Shown: positions 55,575 to 64,000 of the stretch, piece by piece
Layout of the letters: the number at the start of each line of letters is the position of its first letter
Numbering within the stretch: position 1 is the first letter of the stretch
From: a virus
DNA: 64,000 bases
Direction: 5' to 3' (one strand)
Virus record (IMG/VR): IMGVR_UViG_3300031566_003932
Program-made: the position numbers and the translations under genes
Notes under the pieces: generated by a model
The model's input: only the letters and a program-made list of their open reading frames with translations
Told to the model about the DNA's origin: nothing
Database searches by the model: none

Positions 55575-56175
55575 TTACCTATTTGCCTCAAAAAACGCTT
55601 CTGCAAAGCCGGGCGGAGTAATAGAGCGCAAAACAGATCGGTTTTTTGATGGTGGCAATCTGTGTACCCAGTCATGCGGCAAATACTCAGGATGATCAAC
55701 AATACCCAACTTACCGGATGACGTACCTCCAGTCCATAAACCTACGGGCAATACTGGTTTCTCTTTTGGTTTAATGTGTTCTCCCCAGATACAAGTACGT
55801 TTTGTCCAAGGATCGCCATATTGATATGGTTGAAAAATATATTTCCACTTGCCAATATATCGTCTTAGTGTGCCGACAGGATTTTCTAAAGCCCACCATT
55901 GAGGTTTCGCAACAAATATAATTCTCATGCAAGCATCCACCACCGATAACCCCTCTCTCATTTCATCATCAGTTCTTTTCCATCGAACACCGGATATCGC
56001 AAAGACGGTACAGGGGGGGGGCAGCAAGGATGCCGTATACATTTTCTGGTGGTTTATAAAGGCGCACATCATGCTCGGGTAGTGTGATATTCAGAACATT
56101 ATATCCAGCCTCTTTGTAGGGTCTACTCCATGCCCCCGTGCCCCCACATAGATCAAGGATCATTCTTTTAATCAT
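55575..56175 (-). pseudogene. Frameshifted C5 methyltransferase (copy 2)
   Basis: Same C9 tract as 11205-11805. Confidence 0.8.
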
Positions 56176-56320
56176 CTAACCCGCCTTTTCTTAAACCACC
56201 TATAAACACGGGCCCACGGCGAATCTATACGCCAGACTCCATATCTCTTGAGGTATTCCTTTTGCTCCCGGCGTAAAGACTTGCCGCCATCATAAGGTCG
56301 GGGTTTGTTGATTATGATGC

Positions 56321-56803
56321 TCACTCAAACTTCTCCACCCTCTGATCATAAAATGTTACAGCCAATGCGAACGCCTGCCACAAATCCTTTTTAAGCCCAT
56401 AGGTCAAACCAGGACTTTTTTTTGTTCCCGGGGGTCCGAAGCGATCTATAAGGGCTTGTCTGATATTGGAATCTTTTGCTCGGGCTGAATTGCAAAGGTG
56501 AAGTTTGACTTGTCGGCGGGGTATAAATTCGACATTGTTGTCTAAATTTAAACGAGTCCAAACCTCATAAAAGCGACCACAGAAAAAAATTGTATCAAAC
56601 ACGCTTTTTCCTACCGGCATCCCATAGGATTCTATTTTTTCAATCGTTATGGTGTGCATATCTTCTAGCGAACCAAGGCCTGCTAGAATAAGTTCGTTTT
56701 CTGCAATATGAGCAAAACGGATTTTATATCCATCCCATCCGATATAGGCGCTTTGCTCAGATCCAGGATCTACGGCAAGGATAATTTCGGGTTTGTCGGT
56801 CAT
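56321..56803 (-). CDS. RuvC-like resolvase (copy 2)
   Basis: Same as 11951-12433. Confidence 0.75.
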   Translation of the reverse strand: MTDKPEIILAVDPGSEQSAYIGWDGYKIRFAHIAENELILAGLGSLEDMHTITIEKIESYGMPVGKSVFDTIFFCGRFYEVWTRLNLDNNVEFIPRRQVKLHLCNSARAKDSNIRQALIDRFGPPGTKKSPGLTYGLKKDLWQAFALAVTFYDQRVEKFE

Positions 56804-58626
56804 TTCCCCTCCCTCTCTGCTTTGATATACCCATGAATCCATTCATTCCGGCGCATGTCCCATTCAGGGTAGAAATTGTCCTTCAAAGATTTGCGCTGAA
56901 GACGGGCCTGATAGCCCTGTTCATAAGCGGTCACTTACCCTCCGGTGGTTTATAGATATGTGGGTTTGGCCTTATGCTGCGCCATAATTGGTAAAACATT
57001 TTGACAAACCAGAAGGGGAGACCATTTTGTACTCGGTGATAGGTTTCAAGTGCGCTTTCGCAATCCCAACATTCATGTCCCCAATCCCTTAATTTCCTTG
57101 GGTCGATATGCGGATTCTCTGCCTCATACCGTGCTCGATCGCCACCCCAGGCATGTATCCAATTCCAGCAAGCCCAGGGTGAACCGCAGTAAGGGCATTT
57201 TCGTATTAGAGTCACTTACCCTCCCACCCGAATCTCTTCTGATTCCTTCTTATCCAGTTCCCGCACTTCCCACTCTGACTTTCTCCATGCTTTCCACATC
57301 AATCGCTTTAATTCTTCAGCCTTCAGAGGAGGCTCTTCTGGTGCTCTGTCAATACGAAATATTTGATATGGCATGTTTAACCCCCTGTTGTACTTCATGG
57401 CCTTTCTCATAAGGGTTCATAGCTCTCCCCTATCATGTTCATTCCAATCTTCCGGCCCATATTCATCATCGTGCTTATCGCAAATCCCAGGCTCCGGGCT
57501 CCGCTTGAATCCACCGGGTGGGCCTTTGAACTTTCTACCGCAGACGGTGCAATATTTATCGACACGCCCTTTACCACGGGTATTCTTGTAACTGGCGATT
57601 TGCCTGGTGATTTGTTCGCGCCTGGCTTGCGTATCTTTAGCCATAACCCCCTGAAATGCTTTATTATGATAATCCTCTCATTCCTAATCCATATTGACCG
57701 CCTGCCAGGATATCCACAAACCACCACTTATCGACTTTGCGGATATCTATTTCATGTAGGTTATCTATGATGTAATCACGCGCGTTTTTATCTCGGATAT
57801 AATAGATATCACCGCCCTGTCTTTCTGTGCGCTGCATTCCTCTTTTTTGTGCCCTCAATCGTCCCTCGCGTATAGCTCTTGTGACCGCATGGACATCCAC
57901 GCCCAAGCATTCCGCAAATGATCTGGCCGATTGTCCATCCAGACTTGATAGAAGTCTCATGCGTTTGCGTTTAAGCACTATTCCTGTGGTGGTGCGTGAA
58001 TACCCGCGTTGTTTTAATCGGCGTTGAAGCACTTCGGGTGATAAATGGGCATTTCTTTCTAATATGGTGAGCTCATCCTCACACCAGTTCGGTTCCTTTT
58101 TCTGCCGGACTATCCATCCTTGTTGAATCGCGTAACGTGATACTTTCCATCGGGGAAGATGCAGATATTTTGCAAGAGCTTTAACTTGGCCATTGCCGGA
58201 TGCAGTCTTATAGACTTTTTCAATGAGCTTATGGGCTTCCGGTGTGATGGGGTATTTAATTGTTTTGGTTTTTTTAGTCATAACCCCCTGAAATGCTTTT
58301 AGTATACGGTTTGTGTCTCTCTTTTCATCAAGGTATACTTTCCAAACAAAAAAAGAGCTGCTATCGTTTAAGCAACTCTGAAACCTTTTTATCACTGTGA
58401 GGTTCGGCCATGAAAATAGTCCCAAGGGTCCGTTGCATGCCTTCAAGCACAAATTGGAAAGCGAGTTCGCTTCGGGTGGTCCCGAGCATATCCGCTTCTT
58501 TCTGTAAGATGTTGCCGAATTCAGATGAGCAGGTGAAGGTAACGCGGTCGGTTTTCTTGCCGGTAGCAATGGGGCTTGGATTGAAGTTAATTGAGATTTG
58601 TGGCATGGCTCCCTCCGTAGGTAGTT

Positions 58627-58887
58627 TTATTCAGTTTTTGGGTGTGGTTTCCCCCTAGTAAAATATTGTGTGAGGCGATTTAGTATGGTATTAGGTTTAG
58701 ATTTCTTAGTATGCTGTAAAGACAATTCAAATCCCTGGACTGCTAGAAAAAAGTCAGCAGTTGTCCGTGTACGGCCAGTTTCATAATTGGCAATTTTTGA
58801 ACGACTAGTTTGTAATGCTGTCCCAAAAGCCGCTTGAGAGAGTTCTGCTTTAAGCCGGACAGCTTTGATATAGGCTGGTATATTCAT
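58627..58887 (-). CDS. Cro-like regulator (copy 2)
   Basis: Same as 14257-14517. Confidence 0.8.
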   Translation of the reverse strand: MNIPAYIKAVRLKAELSQAAFGTALQTSRSKIANYETGRTRTTADFFLAVQGFELSLQHTKKSKPNTILNRLTQYFTRGKPHPKTE

Positions 58888-58958
58888 GAATAGGCATATT
58901 GTGCCTTTTTCAAAAAGGAATGTCAAGCCTTATTTTTAACTTTGAGCAATGAGTACAC

Positions 58959-59189
58959 ATGGAAGGCAGAGCAAGACAATTAATGAAGCAAAAAAGGAAA
59001 GAGCTTGGTTGGACTCAGGAAGAAGTCGGCTCTTGGATTAATATGGATCAGTCCCTTTACTCAAAGAAAGAGCGAGGGGTAACTGAATTGTTTGCCGATG
59101 AATGGCTTGAGATAATGACGCAACTCGAAATTCACGGCAGAAAACCTAAACCCGTCAAACTTCCTTTCAAACTAGAATTAGTTTCCTAA
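58959..59189 (+). CDS. CI-like repressor (copy 2)
   Basis: Same as 14589-14819. Confidence 0.8.
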   Translation: MEGRARQLMKQKRKELGWTQEEVGSWINMDQSLYSKKERGVTELFADEWLEIMTQLEIHGRKPKPVKLPFKLELVS

Positions 59190-60370
59190 TTATTCCCACG
59201 ATTTACCAATAAAACACACCCCCCTCAAAAAATAATGTCGAATATGCTTGACATGCCTTTTTCCTTTGTGTAATATAGGCACAAAAGGCATAAAACCATC
59301 CGGCGAATTCCTTAATGAAGATAGTCGGGATAAGAATTGGGGTTAAACACTCCAGGAGGGCATCATGTCAGAACAAGTATTCCTAGACCTTTTTGAATTC
59401 AACCATAAAGGTTTCCCCATCTTTAAGAAATGCGCCGAGGTCGATATTACCAATTACACAGCAGAGCAGTTTGACCACCTCCGGGAAATTGAGGAAAGAT
59501 ACTACAGACGAACCTGGGAAATCAGGAGAATCCCATGTGCCATGACCGTGAACGCATAAACCTCGATCAGTTCAAATCAGTGTCAATTCTTACGCGATCA
59601 TTGGGGCCATTGACCATTATGGCCCGAGATTATGAAGGATTAGTTTGGCAAACAACCCCCTTCTTTCCGAGCTTCCGTGTACGTGACAAGTGTTTTCTCA
59701 TTAATGAGACTAAACCAGATCACGGCATTATGAGGCAGGTAGCGGAAAGGGGATAGGCAAGGGGAGTCAAGAGGGCAACCCAAGGCGTAACGCTCATTAT
59801 GCTGGCAATGCGGGGCACGGGGTGCCGCATATAAAGATTAACTAACTTGTGTGCCGTTAATCTGCCAGCACCCAAAATGCCGATCGGAGTGGCCTCTGAG
59901 CGGCAAGGGGCTAGGGTAGGTAGCCAGCCAATAAAATTGCGGGATACCCGGCCTATCCTAGCGCCACCCCACGACTTATAGCCTGATAAGGGCTTTAAGT
60001 AGCACAGTATTTTCGCATAACCTTTCCTTCGGGACCCCGGCCCGCCAGGAGGCATCTGGCGGGGAAAGGGGTGAATCATGGACCAGCCAATAAACATTAT
60101 ATTCGATGGTCCCCCATCGCATGAATCAGGGCGATTTGTTGAAGTTGAAACAGATGACGGTAAATCAATCAACGCAGGGGAATGGATAGAGAGGGAAGAT
60201 GGTTTGTGGGCGCTACGGATAACAGCATTGCCTAAATCATAAGGAGTATGTGTGGCCCACATAATCATCCTCATCGACTTCGTAGGCTGGTGTTTGTGGA
60301 TGTACCAAAAACCGGGGCCTTGGCCGTGTATTTCATTCCTGGGGGGAATTGTAATTGGAGGGTTGATGAT

Positions 60371-60925
60371 ATGACCGACCTTGACGAATCGAAATACATC
60401 CGAGTTTCAACTATCCTCGGTCAGTACGCCGATTTCTCCAAGGTAAAGCCTGATGTCCTCGATTTCGCCACGGAGCGCGGAAGCAAAGTACACGCTCTTT
60501 GTTCCGGGTACGCTCAGGATATATGGATTCCCTCGATTCCCGAATATTGTAAGGGTTATTTTGACAGTTTCACCGGATGGTTCGATAAGCACGTTATCCG
60601 GGTAATCTATGTTGAAAAGCGGTTTTATAACCATACCTATTTCTACACCGGCCAGCCGGATATCATCCTTGAAATGAGAAGTGAGGGGGTTGTCCTCATT
60701 GACAACAAGACCCCCCAAGGAAAAGAATTCGAGAAAATATGGCGGGGGGCAATAGCAGCATATCAGAACCTTGAAATAGATGTTGCTATCAATAAAGGTG
60801 GTTCCCTGCAGTTCAACCCACACGGCAAGAGTGCCAGGATGAAATGGTATGAGGAAACGGGAGGGGATTTCGCGCAGTTTCTTCACGGCTTATCATCGTA
60901 TAGATTTTTTAAAGAAAGGGGATAA
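60371..60925 (+). CDS. PD-(D/E)XK exonuclease (copy 2)
   Basis: Same as 16001-16555. Confidence 0.75.
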   Translation: MTDLDESKYIRVSTILGQYADFSKVKPDVLDFATERGSKVHALCSGYAQDIWIPSIPEYCKGYFDSFTGWFDKHVIRVIYVEKRFYNHTYFYTGQPDIILEMRSEGVVLIDNKTPQGKEFEKIWRGAIAAYQNLEIDVAINKGGSLQFNPHGKSARMKWYEETGGDFAQFLHGLSSYRFFKERG

Positions 60926-61674
60926 TCATGCCAATAGATTTCGCAAAACTCGCAGAAGGCAAAGACGATTCAAAACAGAAACCTAAAGCAGTCCCGCCCA
61001 AAACCGGGGAGATCATCACCCTTAACACGGCCCTGGTACACCAACTCAATGTCTTTATCGCTCAGGGTGAGCAGATCAGGGATGAGGCCTTTAAGATCAA
61101 AGTCACGGACGACAAAACAAAAGAAGCAGCTACAGACCTTGGCTCCAAGATTCACAAGGCCATGAAACGGATTGATGCTGAAGTAGACGAAATCATAGAA
61201 GCCCCTAAAGGTTTTGTGACTTATGCCAAGAATATCGGTGCAAAGGTTCAGAAACCTTTTGAGGAAGGGAAGGAGTATCTAAGGGGTGAGATCAAACAAC
61301 ACAGGGCACGAGAAACACTAGCGGCAGAGCAACGAAAGGAAGCGGCTCGGAAAGCGACCGAGGCTCTGCAAAAGAAACTCAACGAGGAAGCCAAGGCCTC
61401 CGGTATCAAGGAAGAGATCAAGGTGGATGCCATAGCTGTTCCGGGGGTAGACAATATCACCCGAGCGGAAAGCGGTACTTCCTACGGCACGAAACGGCCA
61501 AAGGTTACAGTCGTGAATCTTGAGATCGTTCCCCGCGAATATCTCAAAATCGAGTTAAGGACAAAGGCGGTCCATGATGCTATGCGCCAGGGAGTGACGG
61601 AGATCCCCGGCTTAGAACTCGACTGGGAAGAGGACATAGCGTTTAAGTAAACATTTTAATAAAGGAGGTTTAAC

Positions 61675-63000
61675 ATGAAGGAAGAAACGAAAAGTGCTGT
61701 CATCGAATATGATGCGAAGGACGGACAACGGATAGTCCTGACATTCGATCTTATTAGGCGTTATCTCGTCCAGGGACACCCTGAGTTTGTAACTGTTCAA
61801 GAGTTTATGTATTTCATGGGTGTATGTCAGAGTCAGGGCATGAATCCTTACAAACGGGATTGTTACCTTATCAAATACACCCAAGGGGATTCAGCGGCGA
61901 TCATCACCGCCATTGATTTTCTGCGAAGCCGAGCGAAAGCGCAACCGGATTGCAAGGGTTGGAAGGCAGGGATTATCTTGCAAGTAAACGGCAACGTAGA
62001 ATACAGGGAAGGTACGTTTCTCCTTGATAACGAGAAGCTGGTTGGTGGTTGGTTCCAGGGCAAACCGGCAGGTTGGGATGAACCTATTAGGTGGACCGTA
62101 CCACTAAAGACTTACATTAAACGCAAAAAGGATGGAAGTATTACGCGTTTTTGGCAAGCTGATAATCAACCCGGCCAGATAGCCAAAGTCGCTGAATGCC
62201 AGGGCTTGAAAAAATGCTGGCCTCAAGAATTCCAGAATCTCTATACGGATGCAGAGATTGCACCAGATGATGGCGTGAGAGGTTTGCCGGAGATCCCCGA
62301 GCAAACGGGCAAAGAAGTGGACGCTGAATTTGATGCCGATGCACACGAGGAGTTTGACAAGACAATAGGGCAACTCAAGGCCCTGAACCTCGATCACCTC
62401 AATGAGTATGTGACCTTTGCGGCACGAGTGAGCGATAAAACCGTCTATGAACTCAAGCAAGAGGCGATCCAGCAGTTTGATAACTTCCTTGCTTCTTTTC
62501 AGAAATGGGAGGCTAAGAAGTATCCTGGTGAGCAGAAACCCGACTCCTCCGACAAAGATCCGATCCGCGAGGAGTATATCAGACTAAAGACCGCTGGCTT
62601 CTCCACTTGGGTTCACAAGAATCTCGATGCTATCCGAAACATGGAGCAACAGTACCGCGTTGAAATCAAGGCCAAATGGATGATGCTTTACCCACAGGAT
62701 ACTTACCCCTTGGATAAGCAAGAAAACGCAGCCACGGGGCAGGATGCTCTTTCTGTGGGGGATTCTGAGGATGAAACGGAGGGTGAAGAACCAGGAGAAG
62801 AGGATCAGGGACTTCCCCCCCCCTCACCGGAAGATGAAAAGGTTCTTTCACTCGTTACCGGCTCACATGCCGATGTTGCAAACAGGGCTTGCGTACCTTG
62901 CCCAGATGGTAATGGCCGATCCCGGTTAGCCAAGCATTGCAAGGAGGAGTGCCCATCGAGGATGGGTTGCCCGACCTGGAGTGAGTACGATAATCAATGA
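61675..63000 (+). CDS. bet: Bet/RecT recombinase (copy 2)
   Basis: Same as 17305-18630. Confidence 0.8.
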   Translation: MKEETKSAVIEYDAKDGQRIVLTFDLIRRYLVQGHPEFVTVQEFMYFMGVCQSQGMNPYKRDCYLIKYTQGDSAAIITAIDFLRSRAKAQPDCKGWKAGIILQVNGNVEYREGTFLLDNEKLVGGWFQGKPAGWDEPIRWTVPLKTYIKRKKDGSITRFWQADNQPGQIAKVAECQGLKKCWPQEFQNLYTDAEIAPDDGVRGLPEIPEQTGKEVDAEFDADAHEEFDKTIGQLKALNLDHLNEYVTFAARVSDKTVYELKQEAIQQFDNFLASFQKWEAKKYPGEQKPDSSDKDPIREEYIRLKTAGFSTWVHKNLDAIRNMEQQYRVEIKAKWMMLYPQDTYPLDKQENAATGQDALSVGDSEDETEGEEPGEEDQGLPPPSPEDEKVLSLVTGSHADVANRACVPCPDGNGRSRLAKHCKEECPSRMGCPTWSEYDNQ

Positions 63001-63343
63001 TCTATCCTGATGAAACCATGATCCAATGCCCCTGGTGCGGATACGAGGACAGCGAAAGCAAGTTTTTACCTCTACTTGATGATAGATATGAATGCCCTAA
63101 TCCAAAATGCTACGAGGTATTCCGGCCAAGGGAGGAGATAGAGAAGGAAATAGAACAATAGATGGAAAATTTTCCATGTATGCAGGCTGTTGGGTGATTT
63201 ATGTTTAATGAAATATGGGGGCACTGGATAATCCGTGTACAGGATGATACTTGCTGTAATCTAAGCATGAGTTATGGCGCCCTATGCCTCATGCCGGGGA
63301 GATCAGTAGAGGGGTTCAATTCCCTTCACCCCCACCCCGTATC

Positions 63344-63402
63344 ACCCAACAAGGTCAATCCAGCCGACCCGATAAAACGGGCGGCTGATAACAGCGTTAG
63401 CC
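63344..63402 (+). other. attC-like site (copy 2)
   Basis: Same as 18974-19032. Confidence 0.7.
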
Positions 63403-63746
63403 CAAGAAAGGAGGGAGAAGATGTCTAAACCGAATTGTTATAAATGCAAATACCGAGGGATGATTTCTGGTGATGCCCATTCTCAATGTAAACACCCCAA
63501 AGTAAAGATGCATGAAAATCCTTTCGGGGCATTAGTTGATGTGCTGGAAGGCAAGACTGAAAGTGCTCGAATAGAATTAGAAATTAAGGGACATCCCCAG
63601 GGTATTCGGTCAGGCTGGTTTATGTGGCCTGCCAATTTTGACCCGACATGGCTTGAAAATTGTAATGGATTCGAGGCCAAAGAATCTTGACCTCCGCCCC
63701 TGCAATATGTGATATGCTTTCCCTTGAACAAAGAGGGAGGCTGACC

Positions 63747-64000
63747 ATGCCAGCGTACATCGATGGGAGGGGGTATATCCGCGTCACTGTACCGGGATTC
63801 GACAAGACATTGACTTCCTGGCGCGGGCAACGGCTCAAGGACTTATCATCTGAAGATATCCAAAAACTCTGCGATTATTTTAATCAGGCCATGATGCTAG
63901 GTAACTATGAAGCGGTAAAAACGTGGTTCCCCGGGGAACGCGCAAAGCACCTCGTCAAGAAACTAGCCTATAAATGGCTTGAAGCTGAGAACAAGAAAGA
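63747..64000 (+). CDS. int: Integrase, 5' part truncated by window end (copy 2)
   Basis: Same as 19377-19630. Confidence 0.85.
   Translation, partial: MPAYIDGRGYIRVTVPGFDKTLTSWRGQRLKDLSSEDIQKLCDYFNQAMMLGNYEAVKTWFPGERAKHLVKKLAYKWLEAENKK

Larger units (their letters stand above)
44371..64000 (+). repeat. Direct repeat of window 1-19630 (period 44,370 bp); circular genome overrun or concatemer
   Basis: agccgggcagtaggggc at both 1 and 44371; window end acaagaaaga matches 19621-19630; all ORFs recur at +44370. Confidence 0.98.

Overview
The window is about 1.44 tandem copies of one circular 44,370-bp temperate phage genome: 44371-64000 repeats 1-19630 at every ORF and landmark I compared. No host DNA is visible. 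The head module is Mu-like (portal-MuF fusion, protease/scaffold, decoration proteins, capsid). The tail is non-contractile (tube, -1 frameshift chaperone, tape measure, no sheath). There is a lambdoid cI/cro switch, exo/bet recombination, an O-like replication gene and a tyrosine integrase. Lipoproteins and an outer-membrane beta-barrel point to a diderm host, and two radical SAM enzymes suggest an anaerobe (inference). The most unusual content is enzymatic cargo inside the morphogenesis operon. Two paralogous radical SAM/twitch enzymes and two methyltransferases sit between portal and head protease. A 972-aa GT4-methyltransferase-GT2 fusion sits just after the capsid genes, followed two genes later by a 731-aa protein with about 30 xPxS repeats. 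Together these suggest an undescribed virion-protein glycosylation and glycan-tailoring system. Other notable elements: a 59-bp integron attC-like site next to a tRNA-like element upstream of the integrase, an HNH domain fused in frame inside the head protease, two structured intergenic RNA candidates, a poly-C frameshift in a DNA methylase, and short direct repeats at accessory-gene boundaries. All family calls come from motif recognition by eye; no database search was run. Features in 1-19630 recur at +44370.
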